The translations under genes and the position numbers were made by a program. A stretch of 64,000 nt of DNA from Mobula hypostoma (Eukaryota), in assembly GCF_963921235.1 (NCBI RefSeq), contig NC_086125.1, positions 7,750,001-7,814,000 of the forward strand, in the 5' to 3' direction. Positions 12,061-23,029 of this stretch are shown here, piece after piece; positions within the stretch are counted from its first letter, which is position 1, and every line of letters starts with the position of its first letter. The notes under the pieces were generated by a model that worked only from the letters and a program-made list of their open reading frames with translations, ran no database searches and was not told where the DNA came from.

Positions 12061-12911
12061 CTCTCAGGTCCCCTTTAAATTTTTCTTTTCTCATTTTAAC
12101 TCCATGCCATCCAGAGCATTTTAACTCTATGCTGGAGAAAAGACTATGGCCATTCACTCTATCTATGCCCTTCTTGATTTTATAAACCTTTATTGAACCA
12201 TATTGGATTGACTGTGCGAATATAGCAAGTGATCGGGCACGGAATCAGTCGGGCCTCCTACATGTGGGTGGCTCTCTTTCTTGGCTTGGGCTTCCAAGTG
12301 CGTGTGTTTCTGTCTCGGCGGGCTCAGTTCATCACTTCCCAGCAAGTTGCCCAGCGAGTACCGGGCCTAACGACTCAGTAAGAACGTTTAAACATATGAC
12401 TCCACTGTAGTTCTTGCTCTGTGCATACGTAACCTCTAGAAGGTCACCCTCAGCCCTCTATTCCTCAGTGGAAACATTCTGGCTTATCCCGCCTCTCCTT
12501 ACAACTCAAACCCTCCAGTCCCAGTAACATCGTTGTAAATTGTTTTTGCACCCTTCCCAGTCTATTGGCACGCTTCCTAAGGCAGCACAACCCAAAACTA
12601 AAGATGCTACTCCAAATGTGGCCTTACCAATGTTTTATGCAGCTGCAAAAGTGACAGCTAAACCCCTGTACTCAATATCTTGACTGGTGAGTCACAGATT
12701 GACCTTATCTTCTGGGGACAGTAACACTTTGAGGGACAACTCAGTAAAGAACATAATGTTGTTGAGCTGATCTAACCAGTCCTTTTTGGCAGTGTCAAGG
12801 TGCAGTCCCTTACACTGAAAGGAACTTTACTAGATGACAGCAGAAGTGGGAGACAGGGGGGAATGTTGTGAAGGAGAAAGTTTCCCCAAGATTTGTATTT
12901 AATCGTGCTTC

Positions 12912-13939
12912 TGTCATAAGGGTGGACCCAAGTGCAAGACACGGACACTAAAGTACTAGGAACAGCACTCGGTGTATCAAGAAAGCAAGGGGAGTGGGGA
13001 AGAAAGGACACTGGACATTGACACAGGCCCTGGACGAGACTAGGATGCAGGGCCTGGGCTTGGACTTGGACAAGGAACACGGAACCCGGACAAGGAGCTA
13101 GGAACAAGGAGCCTGGACTAGGGACACAGGACTCCGGAACTAGAGCATGGACAAGGACCTGGAACCTGGGTCTTGGTTAGGACTAGGAACCTAGGTCTTG
13201 ACTCGGAACCGGAATCCGGGTTTAGGCTAGGACAAGATGTGGCTACAGGTCGTGGTATGGCTACAGGACTGGACGTGAGACTCTTGGACAGGACAAGGGA
13301 ACTCCAGCACAGGGCTGGGTGAGGCACACGGACAGGATGAGAACATGAATCCTTGATTTGGTCTTGGGAGACTGGAACCTCAGAGCCTTGGACTTGGAAC
13401 TCAGGAACATGGAACACAGAGCCGGGACCCCTCCTTGGGAGCAGGACATAGGGCCGGGCCTTGTACACAGCACACAGAGCCAGGACTCTCTCCTTGGGAA
13501 CGGGACCAAGGGCCGAGGCTATTTCTATACACAGAACACTGAACATGAAGAGACAGTTCTCCAATCAGGGTAGCGGCAAACAGCCAGGCCTACCTCGCGA
13601 AGGCGAGGACACAGAGATACAACTCCAAACAATGACAGACTGTTCTTTATCTTAACACAGCAAGGCCCCAGTCTGGCTCTGGCGGTTGAACCTGACGGCG
13701 TTACAGGCGAAGGTTGCAGGTGAGGCTTCAGAAGGAAAAGAAGGGGAAGAGAAGGGAACAGTCCAGCAAACAATCCCTGGTTTGCAGAGGTATTAATGTG
13801 CCAGACCGAAATGAGAATCAGGTGCCTCAATTAAACAAAGCACCCAACACAACAAGGGAGAAAACAGGAAAACCGGGAACAAGGATCGATGGACTGGACC
13901 GTGAACTGGCATGCAACCTTTATGGACCGGACCATGACA
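12912..13939 (-). mobile_element. Solo LTR, same family as 3033-5157
   Basis: TGTCATA...CATGACA ends, TSD GCTTC (12907-12911 / 13940-13944), shared GCAAGACAC and GGACAAGGA repeats. Confidence 0.9.
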
Positions 13940-14339
13940 GCTTCACTATTAAATTATAATACTTTACTTCAATAAATCTACTTGCACAAATATTTACAAA
14001 GTAAGTCTTTGTTATATCATTAACAGAACACTTGCTTAGTTATAGATAGAGTCATAGAAAAATACAGCCTGAAACAGGACCTTTGGACCATCCATTCTGT
14101 GCCAAACCATTCAATCTGCTTACTCCCATCAACCTGCACCAGGACCTAAGCCCTCTAACTATGCCACCACTTGTGCTGGCACCTTGTTCTGCACTCTCAC
14201 GGCTCTCTCAGTGAAGGAGTTTCCCCACACATTCCCCTTCAACTTTTTACCTTTCACCCTTAACCCATGACCTTAGAGGAAAACCTCAGAAAAAAAGCCT
14301 CCATACGTTCACTGTATCTGTACCCCTAATAATTTTGTG

Positions 14340-14542
14340 TTGCTGTTCCTTTCCACATCTTGCGACACATCGGGTGGCAGTTTTGCCATTTCCTTAGCAT
14401 CTACTGTTTTTAACAAGTCCAAGGTGCTAGCTTGACGCTCAACCCAGCACAGATGGAAAGTGCGCGAGGAGCTGGCCGGATTTGAACTCGGGGGCCATTT
14501 GCCTTGAAGTCCAGTGCTGATGCCACTACACCACCAGCCAGC
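14340..14542 (-). mobile_element. tRNA-derived SINE inside a CR1 3' fragment
   Basis: A box TGGTGTAGTGG (14533-14523) and B box GAGTTCAAATCC (14489-14478). Confidence 0.75.
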
Positions 14543-14618
14543 AATTATCTTGTATACCTTTATCAAATCTTCCCTTAATCTTCCTATGTTCCAAGGCATA
14601 AGTACAATAAAATATGTC

Positions 14619-14624
14619 TTTATT
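14619..14624 (-). terminator. Candidate poly(A) signal AATAAA for the ICAM-like gene
   Basis: TTTATT on plus, in AT-rich unique sequence about 0.87 kb past the stop. A second AATAAA lies in the MITE at 14784-14789. Confidence 0.35.
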
Positions 14625-14770
14625 GAAAATTAGGAGTATTTTTATAAAATATACAGCATCTACTCAGAAACTACAGTCATTAAAGCTTAGATCTAACTGC
14701 TTGCAAAAGGCACAAACAGTATCACAACAGAAACAAATTATGGTACGGTGTAAGTAACCATTACTAAATA

Positions 14771-15324
14771 CACCAGAGGTCACTTTATTAGTGACCACCT
14801 GAACCTAACGAAGTAGCCATCGAGTGTACGTTCATGATCTTACGCTGCTGTAGCTCATCCACTCCAACGTTCGACATGTGCATTCAGGGAAGCTCTTCTG
14901 CACACCACTGCTGTAATGTGTGGCTTTTCGTCGCATTTCTTCCAGCTTGTCAACCACTGTGGCCATTCTCCTCTGACCTCTCATTAACAAGATGTTCTCA
15001 TCCACAGAACTGCCACTCAATAGATGTTTCTTTTTCGTTTCTCGCACCATTCTCTGTAAACTCTAAAAACTGCTGTGCATAAAAAACCCAAGGAGATCAG
15101 CAGTTTCTGAGATACTCAAACCACCTCGTCTGGCACCAATAATCATTCCATGGTCAAAGTCACTTAGATCACATTTCTTCCCCCATTCTGATGTTTGGTC
15201 TGAACAACAACTGAACCTCTTGACCATGTCTGTGTGCTTTTATGGATTGAGTTGCTGCCACAATGTCGGCTGATGAGATATTCGATTAACAAGCAGGTGT
15301 ACCTAATAAGGTGGCCATTGAGTG
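14771..15324 (-). mobile_element. Tc1/mariner-type MITE in the putative 3' UTR
   Basis: TIRs of consensus CACTCAGTGGCCACTTTATTAGG flanked by TA. Family copies at 34399, 46500 and 57814. Confidence 0.85.
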
Positions 15325-15497
15325 TATGTGTCCACTTGTTTGCAAATATATTATCAAATACTAAGTAATGGCAAATTCTAAGGATTGGGAATAATATCAT
15401 CAATGACAATTGGAACATTGTGGCATCTTACAGAACCAGCAGTTTTTAATACCATTTGTATTGGTTGAATTTGTTTGCAGTTTGCTATGTTCCAGCT

Positions 15498-15679
15498 TCA
15501 GAGTCCCTGGACTAGAAGAATATTGTTCTGATGTTCATTATTGTTGTTGGCCTTTGCATTTGATACCTCATAATTTCCTGTTTTAGATGCTCTGTGCTTC
15601 TTGTAGCACATGAATCCCAACAGCAGCAGTATAATTGCTATGATGATTAAGTAATACATCCATTTCTTCCACATTTTAC
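15498..15679 (-). CDS. Coding exon 6, TM helix plus cytoplasmic tail
   Basis: KMWKKWMYYLIIIAIILLLLGFMCYKKHRASKTGNYEVSNAK...QGL*. Hydrophobic helix, basic stop-transfer, and a K-x-G-x-Y-x-V motif like the VCAM1 tail KGSYSL. The only phase-1-compatible acceptor seen nearby is caacag|GT at 15680/15679. Confidence 0.8.
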
Positions 15680-15834
15680 CTGTTGAACATTCATAAAAGC
15701 TGTTACACAATTGTCAACAGTTCCAGGTAAATATATTTATTGTAAAACCCTGATCCTTTCAACATTCTATGAGCTTTGCCTGATTTCATAATGCAACCAG
15801 ACTCTATATGCAAGTTGATTTCTTGAACCTCTGG

Positions 15835-16240
15835 TAATTGCCCCCACCTTCCTCTCCTTCACCATTCTCCCATTCTTGTTTCCCTCTCTCACCTTATCTC
15901 CTTACCTGTCCATCACCTCCCTCTGGTGCTTCTCCCCTTCCCGTTCTTCCATGGTCTTCTGTCCTCTCCTATCGGGTTCCTCCTTCTCCAGTCTTTCATC
16001 TCTTCCACCAATCAACTTTCCAGCTCTTCACTTCACCCCTCCCCCTCTCCCAGTTTCACCTATCAGCTGCCACTTTGGACTTCTTTCAACCCTCCCCACT
16101 CCTTCTTACTCTGACTTCTTCCCTTGACTTCTTTCCAGTCCTGGTGAAGGGTCTGGGACTGAAATGTCGACTGTTTATTCCCATCCATAGATGCCCTCTG
16201 ACCTGTTAAGCTTCTCCAGCACATTGCATGTATCGCTCCA
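15835..16240 (+). mobile_element. Penelope-like element 3' terminus
   Basis: Pyrimidine-rich tract, degenerate hammerhead at 16136-16173 and GATGC...TGACCTG...CAGCA tail shared with the other PLE copies. Confidence 0.75.
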
Positions 16241-16706
16241 TATGCTGGTCCCATGTTTTCTCACTTCCAAACACATTCCTTATGATAAATAACAACATCA
16301 TCGTTTACTTACACACTTACATAATGCTTTACAGTCAGTGAAGTACCTTTTGAGGAATAATAAACTGGAGGAACTTAGCAGGTCAAACAGCATCTATGTA
16401 GGGAAATGAACAGAGGACCAGGTTGAGAACCTGGGTGATTAATACTCAATACTCAAGACAGGTAGATGTGCTGAACCTCTGTTGAAAGCTTACAATGCAA
16501 TATTTGCAATTTATCCACTGATGTTTTTTTGAAACAACAATTTCATGTTGTTTCATAAAAACATGTTGCACCATTTAATTTAACCTGATTCAGCTTTTTT
16601 CCCCCAAAATAAGCTAAATATTGAAAGCTCTACTGTAGAAGTATGGGTTAAAAGGGTTAAAAGACATTTGTGTCCTTACAGTAAGAAGCTTTTTCAGTAT
16701 TGATTA

Positions 16707-17536
16707 CACTGGACAACGAAGATTTTGCTTCCTGAATACTTTTGGGCGTATCTTATGGATCGTGGGCTGCTGATCATGAAAATTTCCCCATAATGTACTA
16801 TTTTTTAAAGTAAATCACCCATATTGGTTATTTCAATTTATAATTCAAATCAGAATAACAGACGCCAAGATTGAGAAAAGCAATTTTGTTGGTCTGCAAA
16901 TCAAATAGGTCACCAATTTGAAGAATTTCTAGTGGGACCGGAGAAAATCACATGGTCGGCATTCAAGGATGTTGTTGAAAACTTTCCTGGCAACTACAGA
17001 GCACCAAACTATGTGCACCTGATTAACAATATGCTTCAAGCATGCAGAACCATGAAGTACAGCATGTCACTAAAGATTCATTTTCAGCAGTCCCACTTAG
17101 ATTTCTTCCCTGCAAACTCTAGTGTTGTCAATGACGAGCACGGTGAAAGGTTTCACCAGGACATTGCGGTGATGGAGAAACGGTATCAGGGCAACTGGAA
17201 TCCATCAATGCCGGCTGATTATTGTTGAACACAAGTGAGAAGCCTCAGACACTGAGTACAAACGAAAATCATCAACAAAATATTCTTAGCTTATTTGAAC
17301 TAGTGCAAAGAGCCAGCACCGTAATGCAATGGAATGCATTATATTCAATAAAAGTTAATCAGAATTAGAATCAGGTTTATTATCACTGGCATGTGTCGTG
17401 AAATTTGTTGTTTCTTGTTTCTCCAAATTCTTATGTGATACAAGTAGTCTGAAATTATACTTGTGTTCAGTTTCAAGCGGTCTATCATAAAAAAAACAAG
17501 GGAGCAACAGTTTTGAAAAAAATTTGTTGTCCAGTG
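16707..17536 (+). mobile_element. Internally deleted Chapaev3-like (CMC) DNA transposon
   Basis: 11-bp TIR CACTGGACAAC, TTA TSD on both sides (16704-16706 / 17537-17539), transposase C-terminus SLKIHF..SHLDFFP...DEHGERFHQDI..MEKRYQG. Confidence 0.75.
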
Positions 17537-17668
17537 TTATTACACACCGATCTAATGTACAGTATTTGTAATTGTGTTACGTGCAGACTTCAAAGACAAA
17601 GATGCTTCTCTAAATTAAGCTGATATAAATAAAAACCTCGTCTTGCTTTGATACCAGTATGTACTTAC

Positions 17669-17950
17669 ACTGGACATCGAGAGTGGCTGACTGCCGTTTA
17701 ACAATGGTGTTGGAGTGATGGTGAAGTGTCAGCTCGGCCTCGCAGGTGAACTGCTGTCCATTCAGCTCTGCTCGTGGATTCACAGTGTGGTAAATAGTCA
17801 GCCCAGTACTGGCTGACCTGTTCACTAATATCTCACTTCCCTCCTTCAGTCTGAGTTGAAGTTCCCCTGAGACGTTAAACACACTGCAGGTAATAATCAC
17901 TGGAATTCCCTCAGTGGTGATCGGGATTTGGATTTCAGGGTTGGAGAAAA
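17669..17950 (-). CDS. Coding exon 5, Ig domain 4
   Basis: FSNPEIQIPITTEGIPVIITCSVFNVSGELQLRLKEG...ELNGQQFTCEAELTL...LDVQ. Acceptor gttgcag|, donor T|GTAAGT. Confidence 0.92.
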
Positions 17951-18034
17951 CTGCAACGACAGAGAACATTGTTAAAGTTTGTCTTACCAGCAGGACACCG
18001 GATGAGTAGCAGTAGCAGCGAAGGTTTCAAAGGG

Positions 18035-20506
18035 CAGGGACTGGATAAGGTGGAGGTTGTTCTCTGGCAAAGGTGGGATCGGTAGGTGGGAAGCCTTCAA
18101 AGGAGAAATTTTGAGAGTGCAGAGTTTGCATTTTCCTGTCAGGATTAAAGGCAAAGTGAATAGGAATAAGGAACCTTGGTTCTCAAGGGATATTGCAACT
18201 CTGATAAAGAAGAAGAGGGAGTTGTATGACATGTATAGGAAACAGAGAGTAAATAAGGTGCTTGAGGAGTATAAGAAGTGCAAGAAAATACTTAAGAAAG
18301 AAATCAGGAGGGCTAAAAGAAGACATGAGGTTGCCTTGGCAGTCAAAGTGAAGGATGATCCAAAGAGCTTTTACAGGTATATTAAGAGCAAAAGGATTGT
18401 AAGGGATAAAATTGGTCCTCTTGAAGATCAGAGTGGTTGGCTATGTGTGGAACCAAAGGAAATGGGGGAGATCATAAACAACGGAACAACATGAGCCACC
18501 CTCCAATCCTCCGGCACCTCACCTGTAGACAGCGACATTTTAAATATTTCTGCCAGGGCTTGTCAACATGGTTTTGTGCATGGTAGGTCATGTTTGACCG
18601 ATCTATTGGAGTTTGTCGAGGAGGTTACCAGGAAAGTGGATGAAGGGAAGGCAGTGGTTTAAGGTCTCGGCCTGAAACGTCGACTGCACCTCTTCCTACA
18701 GATGCTGCCTGGCCTGCTGCGTTCACCAGCAACTTTGATGTGTGTTGCTTGAATTTCCAGCATCTGCAGAATTCTTGTTGTTTGAGATTTTAAATAGGTT
18801 TTTTGCGTCTGTATTTACTAAGGAAACTGGCATGAAGTCTATGGAATCAAGGGAAACAAGTAGTGAGATCATGGAAACTGTACAGATTGAAAAGGAGGAG
18901 GTGCTTGCTGTCTTGAGGAAAATTAAAATGGATAAATGCCCGGGACCTAACAGGGTGTTCCATCGGACCTTGTAGGAGACTAGCATTGAAATTGCAGGGG
19001 CCCTGGCAGAAATATTTAAAATGTCGCTGTCTACAGGTGAGGTGCCGGAGGATTGGAGGGTGGCTCATGTTGTTCCGTTGTTTAAAAAAGGATCGAAAAG
19101 TAATCCAGGAGATTATAGGCCGGTAAATTTAATGTAGGTAGTAGGTAAGTTATTGGAGGGAGTACGAAGAGACAGAATCTACAAGCATTTGGATAGACAG
19201 GGACTTATTAGGGAGAGTCAACATGGCTTTGTGCATGGTAGGTCATGTTTGACCGATCTACTGGAGTTTGTCGAGGAGGTTACCAGGAAAGTGGATGAAG
19301 GGAAGGCAGTGGATATTGTCTACATGGACTTCAGTAAGGCCTTTGACAAGGTCCCGCATGGGAGGTTAGTTAAGAAAATTCAGTCGCTAGGTATACATGG
19401 AGAAGTGGTAAATTGGATTAGACATTGGCTCAATGGAAGAAGCCAAAGAGTAGTAGTAGAGAATTGCTTCTCCGAGTGGAGGCCTGTGACTAGTGGTGTG
19501 CCACAGGGATCAGTGCTGGGTCCATTGTTATTTGTCATCTATATCAATGATCTGGATGATAATGTGGTAAATTGGATCAGCAAGTTTGCTGATGATACAA
19601 AGATTGGAGGTCTAGTAGACAGTGAGGAAGGTTTTCAGAGCCTGCAGAGGGACTTGGACCAGCTGGAAAGATGGGCTGAAAAATGGCAGATGGAGTTTAA
19701 TAGAGACAAGTGTGAGGAATTGCATGTTGGAAGGACAAACCAAGGTAGAACATACAGGGTTAATGGTAAGGCACTGAGGAGTGCAGTAGAACAGAGGGAT
19801 CTGGGATTACAGATACAAAATTCCCTAAAAGTGGCGTCACAGGTAGATAGGGTCATAAAGAGAGCTTTTGGTACATTGGCCTTTATTAATCAAAGTATTG
19901 AGTATAAGAGCTGGAATGTTATGATGAGGTTGTATAAGGCATTGGTGAGGCCAAATCTGGAGTATTGTGTTCAGTTTTGGTCACCAAATTACAGGAAGGA
20001 TATAAGTAAGGTTGAAAGAATGCAGAGAAGGTTTACAAGGATGTTGCCAGGACTTGAGAAACTCAGTTACAGAGAAAGGTTGAATAGGTTAGGACTTTAT
20101 TCCCTGGAGCGTAGAAGAATGAGGGGACATTTGATAGAGTTATATAAAATTATGATGGGTATAGATAGAGTGAATGCAAGCAGGCTTTTTCCACTGAGGC
20201 AAGGGGAGAAAAAAACCAGAGGACATGGGTTAAGGGTGAGGGGGGGAAAGTTTAAAGGGAACATTAGGGGGGGGGCTTCTTCACACAGAGAGTGGTGGGA
20301 GTGTGGAATGAGCTGCCAGACGAGGTGGTTAATGTGGGTTCTTTTTTAACATTTAAGAATAAGTTGGACAGATACATGGATGGGAGGTGTATGGAGGGAT
20401 ATGGTCCGTGTGCAGGTCAGTGGGACTAGGCAGAAAATGGTTCGGCACAGCCAAGAAGGGCCAAAAGGCCTGTTTCTGTGCTGTAGTTTTTCTATGGTTT
20501 CTATGG
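18035..20506 (+). mobile_element. 5'-truncated CR1 LINE in intron 4 (ORF2 RT, 398-aa open stretch at 19153-20349)
   Basis: [30 protein letters not shown] motifs; (TTTCTATGG)n tail. Confidence 0.92.
18658..18783 (+). mobile_element. Penelope 3'-tail insertion within the CR1
   Basis: GGTCTCGGCCTGAAACGTCGACTG...GATGCTGCCTGGCCTGCTGCGTTCACCAGC, nearly identical to 47895-48020. Confidence 0.85.
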
Positions 20507-20574
20507 AGTTTTATCCCACTGGCAAGCTCTCGCGGGAGTGACCATTATGAGAGAGACTGTGGCCCTGGCACAAG

Positions 20575-21020
20575 AAAATAGCATCCATCATCAAGGGCTT
20601 CCACCACCCAGGCCATGATCTCTTCATACTTCTGCCATTGGGAAGGAGGTACAGGAGCTTCAGGTCTCATACCAGCAAGTTCAGTAACAGTTATTACCTT
20701 TCAACCATCAACTCCTGAACCAGCATGGATAACTTCACTCACCTCAACAATGAACTGATTCCACAACCTATGGACTCAATTTCAAGGACTCTATAAATTA
20801 CAATCTCAGCTTTCTTTCTTTCTTTTTTATTATTGTACTTGTACAGGTTGTCTTCTTTAGCACATTGGTTTTTTTTTGTCAGTCTTTGTGTGTAGCTTTT
20901 CACTGATTATATTGTCTTTCTTTGCTCTAAACTCTGAATGCCTGCAAGAAAATGAATCTCAAGGTGGCACCTGGTGACATATACACACTTTAATAATAAA
21001 CTTACTTTGAACCTTGAAAG
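20575..21020 (+). mobile_element. Rex1/Babar-like LINE 3' fragment
   Basis: HHPGH.LF..LP.GRRYRS-type C-terminus and AATAAAC...(TTTGAAC)n tail. Confidence 0.65.
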
Positions 21021-21829
21021 CTTACTCATTATACGTTACAGAGGCCAGGGCATTGGTATACTGCTGCTGTGGGACGCGGGCAATAGTGGACGTTGGGAAT
21101 GTCCCCAATTTCCCTCATCTGCACCTGGAGGTCGTGTGCTCAGCTGCAGCTCCTTTTGGACCCCAGTAGCAGTTGGGGCTGTGGATGGTCAGGCTATGGA
21201 GAATCTGGGATGCAGAGAATGTCGGAGACAGCACAGTTGGTGAGTTGTTCGTGTCACTGATACAGTAGAGATGGGAGGGTATCGAGGGAGGGTAGTCAGG
21301 GCAGCCAGCTAATTCATTCCCTTTGCAAACTTGGCTCAACGTGTCCATGCCAGCTGTGTCACTGAGCGAGCTAGTCCCACCGCTCATGTTTGGCAAATTG
21401 CCCCCTCATCCATGTATTTATCTAAAGGTTCAAATGCACTTGGTTCGTTTATTATTGAAGTATGTATGCAGTATACAACTCTGAGATTCGTCTTCACCAG
21501 ATAGCCACGAAACAGACAAAATCATGGTAGTCACTCAACGAAACACGTCAGCAGCCCTGTACCCCACACACAAAAAAAAACCCTACGCTGCAAACGGGAA
21601 CATGATCATTAACCCCACCGCGTGAAAAAGAATGACAAATCTCGCAAAACAGCAAGAACATCCAACCCGAACCCCTTCCCTGACAGATCATGCCAAATGG
21701 CAACGAGAACACCAACCCACTCCCTCACACAGAAAAAAAACTTACAGATCGCACCAAACTACAACAAGAAAGAACGGCTGGAAACACAGAATGGAAAAAA
21801 ATAACCTAGAAGTGATGAATTGACAATAA

Positions 21830-22443
21830 ACTGGACTGGTCAAAGAACACTGAGGCTGTCTACAAGAAGGGTCAGAGCCGTCTCTATTTCCTGAGGAGAC
21901 TGAGGTCCTTTAACATCTGCCGGACGATGCTGAGGATGTTCTACGAGTCTGTGGTGGCCAGTGCGATCATGTTTGCTGTTGTGTGCTGGGGCAGCAGGCT
22001 GAGGGTAGCAGACACCAACAGAATCAACAAACTCATTTGTAAGGCCAGTGATGTTGTGGAGATGGAACTGGACCCTCTGACGGTGGTGTCTGAAAAGAGG
22101 ATGCTGTCCAAGTTGCATGCCATCTTGGACAATGTCTTCCATCCACTACATAATGTACTGGGTGGGCACAGGAGTACATTCAGCCAGAGACTCATTCCAC
22201 CGAGATGCAACACAGACCGTCATAGGAAGTCATTCCTGCCTGTGGCCATCAAACTTTACAACTCCTCCCTTGGAGGGTCAGACACCCTGAGCCAATAGGC
22301 TGGTCCTGGACTTATTTCCTGGCATAATTTATATATTACTATTTAATTATTTATGGTTTTATTACTATTTAATTATTTATGGTGCAACTGTAACGAAAAC
22401 CAGTTTCCCCCGGGATCAATAAAGTATGACTATGACTGTGACT
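21830..22443 (+). mobile_element. Rex1/Babar-like LINE 3' part, inserted in another short minus-strand element (~21440-22900)
   Basis: RLYFLRRLRSF...MLRMFYESVVAS...VCWG, RKSFLPVAIKLYN; AATAAAG(TATGAC)n tail. Confidence 0.75.
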
Positions 22444-23029
22444 AAATGATGGAGACCAATTTGAACTACAGTTAGGTTGAACTGCAGTCCACAGTCCAAT
22501 CCACAGAGCGCAGATCTTCGGTAGCATCGAGGGAGAGGGACTTTCCATGATCCATCACACACAGGCACCTTATCCGGCAGCAGCGAGAGATCTGTCACAG
22601 CAGAGAGCAAGAGGCAGGTAGTCAGCGCTGGGCACTTGCTCATCTCCGCATGTGGTTTGATGTTTCATTCTTCCTCGATGCTTTGATCGATGAGAAACGG
22701 AGTCGACCATGGGCTCACACATCGTTTCTTCCCCTCGAGGCCACTTGCACATGCCTCCTGGAACTCTCTCGGGATAGCAAAGAGCGCTAGATCTCTCAAT
22801 CAGTCTCCAAACTGTAAGTCACAGGCTTCAACAGTTCCAGAAACACACTTAAGATAAAAAGAAGATGTAGAAAAAGTGAAATAAACAGTTCCGTGGACTA
22901 TCTGAAAGGCGTCACCATGTGCCCACCTCAACCACTATTTCTGGAGGCTCATTCTATGTGTGCATCTCCCTTTGTGTGAAGAAGCTGCCTTGAAATTGGA
23001 GAGTTGACATGACATCTAAAAATTTGATA

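Noticed and set aside
19153-20349. 398-aa ORF as a host gene
   Set aside because: It is CR1 ORF2 reverse transcriptase. The same applies to 9020-10003 (RTE), 50930-51706 (Nimb RNase H), 54200-54844 (CR1) and 56063-56794 (Penelope GIY-YIG).
21115-21396. S/T/P-rich ORF as a MAdCAM-like mucin exon
   Set aside because: Its 5' part is a CR1 3' remnant, and the best acceptor in phase 1 hits a stop after ~22 codons.
21860-22000. DUF1891-like motif suggesting an AlkB-associated gene
   Set aside because: It is the ordinary post-RT C-terminus of Rex1/Babar-type LINEs; no dioxygenase motifs are present.
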